Positions 1-13,126 are shown, counted from the stretch's first letter. The stretch is 64,000 nt of DNA from Ylistrum balloti (GCF_031769215.1 NW_026781982.1:2170001-2234000); one strand, 5' to 3'. The notes: generated by a model not told the origin, from the letters alone. Translations and numbers: made by a program.

Positions 1-1358
1 CTAAGTGTTCTTGACACAAGACAGAGATCAATCGACACACCCCTGACTTTCTGCTGATTGAAGTTTAGCTATGGTGCCCCCCTTATTTTAGATTTGACTT
101 CAACGACCATGATGCACAAAAATAAACAACATATACAACGCTGTGTCAAACTCTGATCTCTCAGCTTCATATCTAGCATACAAGCCTGAGGTTCAAGGCC
201 TCGGCAGATCGTTCATTATGATATTGTTATATGTCAAGTTAAAAGATCTGATGAATGTTGTGACCAAGGGAGAGGTACAGGTGAAGGTATATCAATATAT
301 GTAGAGGAAGAACATGGATGTCTAAATGAATTGTACTGACAGCTTTGATTCATGGCTTCATTCAGTGGGTTAAATATCAGTTAAATGTGACATATTTCAA
401 AATACAAGCAATGAAAGGAAATTCGTTGAAATTTTTTGTGGGAATCATTGAATTTGATGTCTGATCAAATGCAACACAATTAAAGTTCATAGTTATTTTG
501 GATTCATGTAGTGTAATATGTATTCAAAAACTTCGAATGTTGCCAAATCAAATATGTACTCCGATCTGAAAATTTGCCACTGAAATGTCAACATTACATA
601 TATGAGATCGCGAAACATGCAGAATCTTGCACCAAGTTAACAACGAAAATAGTAATTTCCACCAGATTGACTTAACAATCGCAATTAAATGGAAGCTGTG
701 GTGGTATAAAACATGGTGAATGTGATAAATGTGAAATTATGAACATAAATTACAAGGAAGTGTCACTAATTCACGAATAATTATGTCGGATTAAACACGT
801 GAAATCATACCATGTCTGTTTTGTTGATCTTCGAGACGAACCGACCGCCTTGTAAATGCCCGGATGTCAATAACGGGGTTCCCAAAATGAAGCATTTTGA
901 TTGGTAGATAATAAACATACATTAGTTAGACAGTTTGTAAATCCCGCTTCTGACCTGCTGAACATATCAGAAACTAGTATGATAGCTATAAGCTGACTGT
1001 TGCTTTCGTCATCTTGGGGTTAATATAATGTCATTTTCAACGTAGCCATTTATACCAAATATAACTAACAGTCGGCGTGGTAAAGTATTCGTTCTTGCTT
1101 TTGGCTTTTAAAAAGTGTTATTTCTTTATGTCAGAGACGATGAGTTCATTAAAAAATCTGCTCGTGAAGATACCGACTTTCGACTCTTGTCTTAAAGTTG
1201 TTGAAGACTAGAGTTCCACGTATATTGTTAGTTCTAACGGTTCTGGCTTTCTAATCGGGATTTTATTGGTCTTGGGTGCAAACCGATATCGCCATAAGAT
1301 TTATAAAACACTCATACAATTTAGAATTAGATACAGCAGAGCCAAACAACAAATTGAA

Positions 1359-1416
1359 CTACCTCATACAGCAATTTAGTTATACGATGACTCGTCAGTG
1401 ATGATTACGGCCTAAA
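1359..1416 (-). ncRNA. Degenerate solo copy of the 45-nt hammerhead ribozyme unit
   Basis: Minus strand reads TTTAGGCCGTAAT-CATCA-CTGACGA-GTCATCGTATAAC-TAAA-TTGCTGTA-TGAGG-TAG. This is colinear with the array unit CATCA-CTGACGA-GTCCTAGAAGGAC-GAAA-CAGCTGTA-TGATG-TAG. GAAA is mutated to TAAA and stem II is broken, so it is probably inactive. Confidence 0.55.
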
Positions 1417-1489
1417 TTATCAAGCTAAAGACCGACTGGGGAAAATGTCAACATCTATCTCAGAGGGAGGTGCACAGGCCCCATAATTC

Positions 1490-4120
1490 AGTAGTTACAT
1501 GCACGGGGATGTTTCTCCCGTGTAAACTCACGACTGTCACATGCACGGAGATGTTTCTACCGTGTAAACTCACGACTGTCACCAGCAAGGGAATGTTGCT
1601 CCCAATAAATTTACGACTGTCACCTCCACGGGGATGTTTCTCCCGTGTAAACTCACGACTGTTACATACACGGGGATGTTTCTCCCGTGTAAACTCACGA
1701 CTGTTACATACACGGAGATGTTTCTCCCGTGTAAACTCACGACTGTTACATGCACGGCGATGTTACTCCCGTTTAAACTCACGACTGTCACCTGCACGGC
1801 GATGTTTCTCCCGTGTAAACTCACGACTGTCACCTGCACGTGGATGTTACTCCCGTGTAAACTCACGACTGTTACATACACGGGGATGTTTCTCCCGTGT
1901 AAACTCACGACTGTCACATGCACGGAGATGTTTCTACCGTGTAAACTCACGACTGTCACCAGCAAGGGGATGTTGCTCCCAATAAATTTACGACTGTCAC
2001 CTCCACGGGGATGTTTCTCCCGTGTAAACTCACGACTGTCACCTCCACGGGGATGTTTCTCCCGTGTAAACTCACGACTGTCACATGCACGGAGATGTTT
2101 CTACCGTGTAAACTCACGACTGTCACCAGCAAGGGGATGTTGCTCCCAATAAATAAATTTACGACTGTCACCTCCACGGGGATGTTTCTCCCGTGTAAAC
2201 TCACGACTGTCACCTCCACGGGGATGTTTCTCCCGTGTAAACTCACGACTGTTACATGCACGGCGATGTTACTCCCGTTTAAACTCACGACTGTCACCTG
2301 CACGGCGATGTTTCTCCCGTGTAAACTCACGACTGTTACATGCACGGCGATGTTACTCCCGTTTAAACTCACGACTGTCACCTGCACGGCGATGTTTCTC
2401 CCGTGTAAACTCACGACTGTCACCTGCACGTGGATGTTACTCCCGTGTAAGCTCACGACTGTCACCTCCACGGGGATGTTTCTCCCGTGTAAACTCACGA
2501 CTGTTACATGCGCGGGGATATTTCTCCTGTGTAAACTCACGACTGTCACCCCCACGGGGATGTTTCTCCCGTGTAAACTCACGACTGTCACATGCACGGA
2601 GATGTTTCTACCGTGTAAACTCACGACTGTCACCAGCAAGGGGATGTTGCTCCCAATAAATTTACGACTGTCACCTCCACGGGGATGTTTCTCCCGTGTA
2701 AACTCACGACTGTCACCTCCACGGGGATGTTTCTCCCGTGTAAACTCACGACTGTTACATGCACGGCGATGTTACTCCCGTTTAAACTCACGACTGTCAC
2801 CTGCACGGCGATGTTTCTCCCGTGTAAACTCACGACTGTTACATGCACGGCGATGTTACTCCCGTTTAAACTCACGACTGTCACCTGCACGGCGATGTTT
2901 CTCCCGTGTAAACTCACGACTGTCACCTGCACGTGGATGTTTCTCCCGTGTAAGCTCACGACTGTCACCTCCACGGGGATGTTTCTCCCGTGTAAACTCA
3001 CGACTGTTACATGCGCGGGGATATTTCTCCTGTGTAAACTCACGACTGTCACCCCCACGGGGATGTTTCTCCCGTGTAAACTCACGACTGTCACATGCAC
3101 GGGGATGCTTCTCCCGTGTAAACTCACGTCCGTCACCAGCACGGGGATATTTCTCCTTTGTAAACTCACGACTGTCACCTCCACGGGGATGTTTCTTCCG
3201 TGTAAACTCACGACTGTCACCTCCACGGAGATGTTTCTCCTGTGTAAACTCACGACTGTTACATACACGGGGATGTTTCTCCCGTGTAAACTCACGACTG
3301 TTACATGCACGGCGATGTTTCTCCCGTGTAAACTCACGACTGTCACCTCCACGGAGATGCTTCTCCCGTGTAAACTCACGACTGTCACCTCCACGGAGAT
3401 GTTTCTCCCGTGTAAACTCACGACTGTTACATACACGGGGATGCTTCTCCCGTGTAAACACACGACTGTTAAATGCACGGCGATGTTTCTCCCGTGTAAA
3501 CTCACGACTGTCACCTGCACGTGGATGTTTCTCCTGTGTAAACTCACGACTGTTACATACACGGGGATGTTTCTCCCGTGTAAACTCACGACTGTTACAT
3601 GCACGGCGATGTTTCTCCCGTGTAAACTCACGACTGTCACCTCCACGGAGATGCTTCTCCCGTGTAAACTCACGACTGTCACCTCCACGGAGATGTTTCT
3701 CCCGTGTAAACTCACGACTGTCACCTCCACGGGGATGCTTCTCCCGTGTAAACACACGACTGTTAAATGCACGGCGATGTTTCTCCCGTGTAAACTCACG
3801 ACTGTCACCTGCACGTGGATGTTACTTCCGTGTAAACTCACGACTGTCACCTCCACGGAGATGTTTCTCCTGTGTAAACTCACGACTGTTACATACACGG
3901 GGATGTTTCTCCCGTGTAAACTCACGACTGTTACATGCACGGCGATGTTTCTCCCGTGTAAACTCACGACTGTCACCTCCACGGAGATGCTTCTCCCGTG
4001 TAAACTCACGACTGTCACCTCCACGGGGATATTTCTCCCGTGTAAACTCACGACTGTTACATACACGGAGATGTTTCTCCCGTGTAAACTCACGACTGTT
4101 ACATGCACGGGGATGTTTCA
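1490..4120. repeat. 42-bp minisatellite, about 62 copies (TGTTTCTCCCGTGTAAACTCACGACTGTCACCTCCACGGGGA), with higher-order variant blocks
   Basis: Direct tandem periodicity. It explains all 14-aa-repeat ORFs in 1470-4175, which are not credible proteins. Confidence 0.97.
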
Positions 4121-4424
4121 GTAGGTATTTCAGCAGACGAATTATATAAAATGATGGTTTAATTACAAATATCAAAACGTTAATGTGGGTGTATGCTGGC
4201 TGGATTAATATATGCAGTCAAAAAACATGGCGTCGAAAATATTAGAATCTACATATTCATGTAAATTGAGAAAATAATGTTAGGACTGTTCATACATTGT
4301 TAGTAGTGGGAGAGAATTAGTGTGGAAAAGATTATTGTCCTTGTTGAAAATCTAAGAACTATTTTCAGTACAAAATAAAATTTCATATGTGAGATATAAT
4401 AAATCAGTTTATTGTAAATGATGT

Positions 4425-4516
4425 CACAGGGACTTTGCTCGAATTACAGGAACTTGGCTCGAATTCTATAGTCCATATATTAACTGTGGATTGGGAATTC
4501 GTGCCAAATCCCTGTG
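4425..4516. mobile_element. Possible tiny MITE-like remnant
   Basis: Imperfect ~21-bp inverted repeats (CACAGGGACTTTGCTCGAATT ... AATTCGTGCCAAATCCCTGTG). No clear target-site duplication. Confidence 0.3.
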
Positions 4517-6879
4517 TATGATTAAGCAATTATTTTTCTTTTGATTTCTTCTTCTTTGAATATTTTACTTAACAATAATATATTCTTTCATGTTTATAAG
4601 GAAAAGGGAGTGCGTGAAAGGATGAAAACATATAATGACACTATGTTATATAAATAATTCACACACGGCAGCTATATACAAGTGGTTACTATGGTATGAC
4701 GACATTTGGAATAATAGAAATAAACGTTCAATTACATTTTGCTAGTAAAATATAGGAATTTAGATGATAATGTAAGTTTTTTCAGTGATGAGGTAACTTT
4801 CATAGTTTTGTCAAACGTAGCGCCAAACAATCCAACATCAAAGGAGGTGTTGATATTTCACTAACTTTTTTAACATCGCTTTAAGTTTGAATAGGATTTT
4901 TGTCATTTGTTTTTCCTTTAAAAATGTAACACTAAGAAAAATTAATAGTTTTTCCGTTGATCATCTTGTATAAAATCCAGGAGCGTTTATATCTATATTT
5001 TTCACTGTTTCTATATGTGCCAATGATTATATCCGTATTCTTCGGTGTTTTAAATAATATTTATAACTCTCGTGATCTACACTAAATATGAAACCAATAT
5101 TTTCTCTATGATATTAGAATTATTGAAGTTTAGAATACGCGCGGTACAAATTCTCAATTATAGACTAAGCCACCTTTTTTATTGCACAGATCCTCGCAGT
5201 TGTATCTGCTTACATCATCCATAATAACTACGGTCTCCGCCGAGCTTAACCGTGTAATCCACAGGCTACCCATGGATCGATGTCAATGATACAATATTCT
5301 TACCACACACTGCGTCGTGACGTAATCAATTACGAGTTTTAGGTTTTCGTATTAATGGATACAGCACAGGAAGAATGATAGAAATCCTTATCTGCATTCA
5401 AAGTATTCTTACTTAACTTAATATATTGATATTGTTTGTTCAAAGATCAGTTGTCAAAGGACTGTATAAAGTGAGTATTTGTAAAAGGTTGACACAAACA
5501 GAAATAAATGACATTCCCGAGGAGCGGTTTAATTTTCACCACAAATATAACAGTGATATTTCAATAAATCGAATAACTTGGGGAATTTATGGATTGTTCT
5601 GTTTTCAGTCGGATTCAATAAGATATTTCTTTGATAATACATCCATTGTAAGTGACTTTTATTGGGTTATGAATTCAATTGATAAATAATGATATATCTT
5701 ATCCACCGATCCCTGATCAATTTTGATAAATTCAAGGAGATTGGAATTTGGTACAAGAAAGCAGCCACCCCATCTGATTTCTAAAGCTAATTGTATTTTT
5801 ATAGAATGATTGATGAGTATAAGTTTGACATGTTATTATCAATCAGTACTTATATCTACTTTTAAATCCAGTTATATTATCCACATTATATTTAGATACG
5901 TTTTATTTTCAAGGACTTATTTCAAGGTATTGTTCCAATTTTGTATGATCAATTTATTTAATAGAAAATTAAATTGATTTCAAAATTGATTTTCTAAATC
6001 ATTAGACAAAGTATTGAAACTGATTCGGAAACAACCTCTCATGTATCAATGTACCAATATACCCCACTGATGCAGCACTGACCTTCCTTTTCAAATGATA
6101 CTAGACACACGAGAATTGTCAAAAAAGGAAAGGTCAGTTTACTGAACTATTCAACAAAGCGATAATCAACGTGAAAGAAATGTTTTCCGGCTTTTGACTA
6201 ATACATTTAATTTCAAATTCGTATAAAATGATGAATAATAGATTATTTAGCTGTAACATTCAGTGTGTTTTAAACAAATTGGTATAATTAGAATCTTGTT
6301 ATTTACATTAGAAAACCGAATAAAAACATAGACAAAAAATATTATACAAATTGGACACATACGTGATTTTGAAGGTATTTTGTTGCACCGCATTATAAGG
6401 AAGATTTCGAACAGTATTAACGTAAGAAGGGTTTTCTATTGGTTTCTATGTATACAGGTGTAAGTTTGTGGTTTTGTTCTTAATCCGGCATTACCAGTCA
6501 GGTACGAAGAAGACGAACAGACGTAATAAACTAAGAGATATGACGTTACAAAGTCGACCTAGGTTCGATTGCTGAATTGCGGGAAGAATGCATCATCGTT
6601 TTAAGTGCAGGTGTACTTGTATTACAGAGGTAATAACTCGACTGTTTATTCTGGATTATTGAAAACAATTTGTTGGACACCATACTCTTACAGACAGCAG
6701 TAAATTGGTGTATACGTTTTATTGTCAACTCGGTATAACGCCATAGATTTTGGTAGGAATCTTTTCCTTGTCAGTCCTTGTAGAGTGTGTATCATACCAA
6801 AGGATGAATAAAAAAAAGGGAAAAAAGTAAAAAAAAAAAAAAAAAAACAAAAACAAAAAAGGAAGCCATGAAAACACAA

Positions 6880-8290
6880 TGGACGTTAGAAAAGAAGGAA
6901 GGAGGGAAGGCAGCAGGACGCCAGCGAGGGAAAAAAAGAAGGACGGAATTCAACAGGACGTCAGCGAGGGGAAAAAGAAGGAAGGAAGACAACAGGACGT
7001 CAGCGAGGGAAAAAGAAGGAAGGAGGGAAGACAGCAAGACGTCAGCGAGGGAAAAAAGAAGGAAGGAGGGCAGACAACAGGACGTCAGCGAGGGATTAAA
7101 GAAGCAAATAACTTGACAGGATAAAAGGAAGTAAAGGCAAAAAAACTAGAAAGTCGACAAGAAAGAAAGTTAGGAAGGAAGGTAGAATAAGAGGAATGTA
7201 GCAAGGAATGTGACAGAAAGGAAAGAAGGCAGTAGAAAAGGAAGAATCAATGAAGAAAGGAACCAAGGAGGAAATGAGGCAAGGAAGAAGGTAGCAATGG
7301 AGAAAGGAAGCAAGGAAGAAGGTAGCAATGGAGAAAGGAAGCAAGGAAGAAGGTAGCAATGGAGAAAGGAAGCAATGTAGAAAGGAAGCAATGTAGAAAT
7401 GAAGCAAGGAAGAAGGTGGTCAGTGGGAAAGGAAGCATGGAGGAAGGAAGCAAGGAAGAAGGTGGTCAGGGAGAAAGGAAGCATGGAGGAAGGTAGCGAT
7501 GGAGAAAGGGAGCAAGGAAGAAGGTGGTCAGGGAGAAAGGAAGCAATGTAGAAAGGAAGCAAGGAAGAAGGTGGTCAGGGAGAAAGGAAGCAATGTAGAA
7601 AGGAAGCAAGGAAGAAGGTGGTCAGGGAGAAAGGAAGTAAGGAAGTAAGGAAGAAGGTGGTCAGGGAGAAAGGAAGCAATGTAGAACGGAAGCAAGGAAG
7701 AAGGTGGTCAGGGAGAAAGGAAGTAAGGAAGAAGGTGGTCAGGGAGAAAGGAAGCAATGTAGAAAGGAAGCAAGGAAGAAGGTGGTCAGGGAGAAAGGAA
7801 GTAAGGAAGAAGGTGGTCAGGGAGAAAGGAAGCAATGTAGAAAGGAAGCAAGGAAGAAGGTGGTCAGGGAGAAAGGAAGCATGGAGGAAATGAGGCAAGG
7901 AAGAAGGTAGCAATGAAGAAAGGAAGCAAGGAGGAAATGAGGCAAGGAAGAAGGTAGCAATGAAGAAAGGAAGCAAGGTGGAAATGAGGCAAGGAAGAAG
8001 GTAGCAATGGAGAAAGGAAGCAAGGAAGAAGGTAGCAATGGAGAAAGGAAGCAATGTAGAAAGGAAGCAAGGAAGAAGGTGGTCAGGGAGAAAGGAAGCA
8101 ATGTAGAAAGGAAGCAAGGAAGAAGGTGGTCAGGGAGAAAGGAAGTAAGGAAGAAGGTAGCAATAGAGAAATGAACCGAGAGAAGACAAAAAGTAGGAAA
8201 AGTAGAAAGGAAGGAAGGCAGGAAAAGAAGAATGTAGTAATGAAGGAGACACAAAGGGAGGAAGGCAGTAAGGAAGAAAGTAAGAGTTAT
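6880..8290. repeat. Purine-rich compound tandem repeat (GGAAGCAAGGAAGAAGGTGGTCAGGGAGAAA-type units), preceded by poly-A runs
   Basis: Plus strand is overwhelmingly A/G with recurring subunits. The overlapping ORFs are low-complexity artefacts. Confidence 0.92.
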
Positions 8291-9274
8291 GGATAGAATT
8301 AGCATTACATCTGATCAACTTAACTCTATCATCGAAGACTTTCATCCATCTTACCAACTAGCAGCGTTTGATATATCTTATTAAAATCAAGAACTCAGAA
8401 TATTAAAAATTGTAATTGTCAGTGTCTAAAAAAACTACCATAATTTTATATTACGTGCATTTTTTTCTAAATGCCGTGGTGTAGTGTGTACTTCAGAGTT
8501 AAAGCATGGCTCGTAAAGACCAACAAGGACATATAAACATCGTCTGTATCCTTTCTGCTTTAGTCTTACTGCTAAATCCAGGGTATGTATTTTTCACTCC
8601 AGAATAGTGAATTGTACAGATAGACGTCCCGGATTTGATAAATACTTTTAAATACGAAATACCGATACGGAAAAGTCTATATAACACTTATATATAAATA
8701 GAAACTTATGTCAGATATACAATGTGTTAAAAAAAACTTTACCTTTCAATTCTCACAATTTCCTGATATCGCAATGCAGGCTAAATTTTGTTTTGTTATT
8801 TAGGAATATATTTTATTTACATTTCAAGGGTCAGCAGATGAACACATTAAATAGTATTATCATTAATATTATTTAAAAGAAACATTGTTTGCTAACATTT
8901 TAGAATTCGATCAAAGTGGCCATTGCAATTATGGTAATATGTATCACATGACACTACATTCATTCTAAATCATATTGTGTATGATATTGAAATATATTTT
9001 ATCGTAAATATCGACTGCGATCAGATCTGCACGGTGAACATTTCATTTTATTTTCGGAACAGGTTCGGTGTCAGGACAGGAGTAATATGTGACGCAATGG
9101 TCTGATATATCAGTCAGTGACTCTGATGTGGTTTAATAAAGCTTGAAATTTTACGAGATCTTTTCCCCATAAAATCAATTAAATGTTTACATTAGATAAT
9201 ATCTTCAAACAAACAAATTAAACAGCGTTTTTTCAGAAATGCAGAAATATATGATATCGTAACAAAATTAAGTT

Positions 9275-11335
9275 TGGGAAGGCATTGTGGGTGTGGCAGT
9301 CAGTGAGGAGATAGGACCCCTGGCCACTTACACACCCCATTACAAAACGTGTGGAAAGGCATTGTGGGTGTGGCAGTCAGTGAGGAGATAGGACCTCTGG
9401 CCACTTACACACCCCATTAGAAAACGTGTGGGAAGGCATTGTGGCTGTGGCAGTCAGTGAGGAGATAGGGCCCCTGGCCACTTACACACCCCGTTACAAA
9501 ACGTTAAGAAAGGCATTGTGGGTGCGGCAGTCAGTGAGGAGATAGGGCCCCTGGCCACTTACACACCCCGTTACAAAACGTTTAGAAAGGCATTGTAGGT
9601 GCGGCAGTCAGTGAGGAGAAATGGACCCCTGGCCACTTACACACCCCATTACAAAACGTGTGGTAAGGCATTGTGGGTGTGGCAGTCAGTGAGGAGAAAA
9701 GGACCCCTGGCCACTTACCCATTACAAAACGTGTGGGAAGGCATTGTGGGTGTGGCAGTCAGTGAGGAGATAGGGCCCCTGGCCACTTCCACATTACCAC
9801 ATTGCAAAACGTACACACCCCATTGGGAAGGCATTGTGGGTGTGGCAGTCAGTGAGGAGATAGGGCCCCTGGCCACTTACACACCCCGTTACAAAACGTT
9901 TAGAAAGGCATTGTAGGTGCGGCAGTCAGTGAGGAGAAATGGACCCCTGGCCACTTACACACCCCATTACAAAACGTGTGGTAAGGCATTGTGGGTGTGG
10001 CAGTCAGTGAGGAGAAAAGGACCCCTGGCCACTTACCCATTACAAAACGTGTGGGAAGGCATTGTGGGTGTGGCAGTCAGTGAGGAGATAGGGCCCCTGG
10101 CCACTTCCACATTACAAAACGTGTGGGAAGGCATTGTGGGTGTGGCAGTCAGTGAGGAGATAGGGCCCCTGGCCACTTACACACCCCATTACAAACGTTT
10201 AGAAAGGCATTGTAGGTGCGGCAGTCAGTGAGGAGATAGGGTCCCTGGCCACTTACACACCCCGTTACAAAACGTTTAGAAAGGCATTGTAGGTGCGGCA
10301 GTCAGTGAGGAGATAGGGCCCCTGGCCACTTACACACCCCGTTACAAAACGTTTAGAAAGGCATTGTAGGTGCGGCAGTCAGTGAGGAGAAATGGACCCC
10401 TGGCCACTTACACACCCCATTACAAAACGTGTGGTAAGGCATTGTGGATGTGGCAGTCAGTGAGGAGAAAAGGACCCCTGGCCACTTACACATTACAAAA
10501 CGTGTGGGAAGGCATTGTGGGTGTGGCAGTCAGTGAGGAGATAGGGCCCCTGGCCACTTACACATTACAAAACGTGTGGGAAGGCATTGTGGGTGTGGCA
10601 GTCAGTGAGGAGATAGGGCCCCTGGCCACTTACACACCCCATTACAAACGTTTAGAAAGGCATTGTAGGTGCGGCAGTCAGTGAGGAGATAGGGTCCCTG
10701 GCCACTTACACACCCCGTTACAAAACGTTTAGAAAGGCATTGTAGGTGCGGCAGTCAGTGAGGAGAAATGGACCCCTGGCCACTTACACACCCCGTTACA
10801 AAACGTTTAGAAAGGCATTGTAGGTGCGGCAGTCAGTGAGGAGAAATGGACCCCTGGCCACTTACACACCCCATTACAAAACGTGTGGTAAGGCATTGTG
10901 GATGTGGCAGTCAGTGAGGAGAAAAGGACCCCTGGCCACTTACACATTACAAAACGTGTGGGAAGGCATTGTGGGTGTGGCAGTCAGTGAGGAGATAGGG
11001 CCCCTGGCCACTTACACATTACAAAACGTGTGGGAAGGCATTGTGGGTGTGGCAGTCAGTGAGGAGATAGGACCCCTGGCCACTTACACATTACAAAACG
11101 TGTGGGAAGGCATTGTGGGTGTGGCAGTCAGTGAGGAGATAGGGCCCCTGGCCACTTACACACCCCATTACAAACGTTTAGAAAGGCATTGTAGGTGCGG
11201 CAGTCAGTGAGGAGATAGGGTCCCTGGCCACTTACACACCCCGTTACAAAACGTTTAGAAAGGCATTGTAGGTGCGGCAGTCAGTGAGGAGATAGGGTCC
11301 CTGGTCACTTACACTCCCCTTTCCTATACGTGTGG
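9275..11335. repeat. 77-bp minisatellite, about 27 copies, with shorter deletion variants
   Basis: CAGTGAGGAG recurs at 9301 and 9378. Unit is GGCATTGTGGGTGTGGCAGTCAGTGAGGAGATAGGGCCCCTGGCCACTTACACACCCCATTACAAAACGTGTGGGAA. Confidence 0.96.
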
Positions 11336-12034
11336 GAAAGTTATTGTACATACGGAGGGATAAGTCAGTCACACAAGGACTGACCAACGTGGGGCCACTG
11401 AAAGCCTTCTCTGAAATTTCACCGTCGTTATGTGATACCTAGACTATTTTCTTTTCTAATAAACTCTATTATCATATTTATCGTGTTATATCACCACGCC
11501 CCCTACCTTCCTGGTAACTCCGCCTAACACTGGTAACGTCACCAATAAACGGTTCGATACGATGGACAATTAACGATACCGTTTAACCGCACTTATCGCC
11601 ATTCTTAAATAGATTGTATACATAGCGGATAGAAGATTTCCGATTAACCGACAGCAAGATTTCACACTGCACGAGTAAACACAACGGAAGTTGATCGCTC
11701 ACGATTTGTTTATTTGTTCTTTAACGTAATGTAATATATATTTGTTTGTTGATCAGTTCCATCCCACCTCGGATAAGCCCAATGGATATTCGTCAGAAAT
11801 ATCGGAAATGAAAATCCTGGTTCGAAGCTTTATCAGCTTAACCATGAATTAAAATCTTTAAAACCAGTACACTGTTGAATGTTGTTGTAGTAAAGTTTTA
11901 GTTGATCTCTGAAATCTTTGCTGCACCAAATCCTGGCTTATTCCAAGTTTGTATTTGATTTCTATTTTGATGAGTTAGTAAATTTATTTTCCTCTCTTGC
12001 CTCTTAACCTCCTTATTTTAAAACACTTAGGCCA

Positions 12035-12617
12035 TAGCATCACTAACGAGTCCCCAAAAGTACGAATGAGCTGTATGATGTAGCATCACTAACGAGTCCT
12101 AGAAGGATAAAACAGTTGTATGATGTAGCATTACTGACGAGTCTTAGAAGGACGAAACAGCTGTTTAATGTAGCATTACTGACGAGTCCTATAATGACGA
12201 AACAGCTGCGTGATGTAGCATTACTGACGAGTCCGAGAAAGACAAACAGCTGTAAGATGTAGCATCACTGACGAGTCATAGAAGGACGAAACAGCTGTAT
12301 GATGTAGCATTACTGACGAGTATTAGAAGGACGAAACAGCTGCATGATGTAGCATCACTGACGAGTCTTAGAATGACGAAACAGCAGTATGATGTAGCAT
12401 CACTGACGGTCATAGAAGGACGAAACAACTGTGTGATGTAGCATCACTGACGAGTCCTAGAATAACGAGACAGCGGTATGATGTGACACCACTGACGAGT
12501 CCTAGAAGGACGAGACAGCTGTATGATGTAGCATTATTGACGAGTCCTAGAATGACGAGACAGTGGTATGATGTGACACCACTGACGAGTCCTAGGCGAA
12601 ACAAGTTTATGATGTAG
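12035..12617 (+). ncRNA. Tandem array of about 13 hammerhead-ribozyme units (45 nt), mostly decayed
   Basis: Same unit as 16000-16648. The core CTGACGA...GAAA...GTH is intact in a few units (e.g. 12121-12170). Most others carry core lesions such as CTAACGA, GAGA or GCA. Confidence 0.85.
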
Positions 12618-13086
12618 TTTATTTCATTGTTTGAAACTAATTCTAAATTTATATCGAAATCTACTATTTTCCTACCCGTGTGTCATTGATACAATCATTA
12701 CAGGAGATGAACATGACGAACTAAGATGACAAATCTTTAAGGATTTCTTATGTGTCAAGACGGTAACGGCCTACCCTGTGACGGATTTACGACATCGATA
12801 TCGATACGCTATCTTTAGCCGATACACGGATATGTAAGTAAGTATATATCTACACAGGTTAAACAATTATATCAAATTTACATATTACACGTCAAAATGA
12901 ACCAGTATAAATAAGAGTCAATGACAGAGTTTTCATTTCTGGACCTGTATGAAAGAGGACACTTCAAATTGTGCGTGTCACAGAAAATTATATATGAATA
13001 ACTTTTTTTCGACGGACAAGTTCATTTGAAAAAAAAGAAATTTGGAAAACTGAATAACTATTTCTTGAAATTAACTTACCTGGACT

Positions 13087-13094
13087 TATAAAAA
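13087..13094 (+). promoter_or_regulatory. Candidate TATA box for LRR-Ig gene 1
   Basis: TATAAAAA(GG) lies 40 bp before the ATG at 13127. Motif only; AT-rich context makes a chance match possible. Confidence 0.3.
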
Positions 13095-13126
13095 GGTGAC
13101 ACTTCAATTTTCAAAAAGTTACTGAA

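Noticed and set aside
1490-4120. Hairpin-ribozyme-like words on the minus strand (TGACAGTC, GAGAAACA)
   Set aside because: Helices 1 and 2 flanking loop A cannot form and loop B partners are missing.
1470-4175. Long ORFs up to 712 aa in several frames
   Set aside because: They are translations of a 42-bp minisatellite whose length is a multiple of 3 and which is open on both strands; no signal of a real protein.
4200-4345. Possible GIY-YIG C-terminal remnant (HGVENIRI...IEK...RELVWKRLLSL)
   Set aside because: Too short and interrupted by stops to support without a profile search.
5280-5860. Possible highly decayed Penelope-like RT on the minus strand (LIDN, QMG, RFIE)
   Set aside because: Motifs are in different frames and only weakly similar; needs tBLASTn or HMM confirmation.
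9275-11335. HDV-like ribozyme on the minus strand (TC-TCCTCACT-GA resembles P3/L3)
   Set aside because: No GG for P1.1 after P1', P3 only 2 bp, and no P2 or J4/2 catalytic C arrangement.
11500-11560. Twister-like start (TAACTCCGCCTAACACTG)
   Set aside because: The required 3' half with its pseudoknot partners is absent.
12704-12831. Possible non-coding 5' exon of LRR-Ig gene 1 (TACAG acceptor, GTAAGT donor) that would put the upstream ribozyme array in an intron
   Set aside because: No good acceptor before the ATG and a competing TATA box at 13087; undecidable without transcripts.
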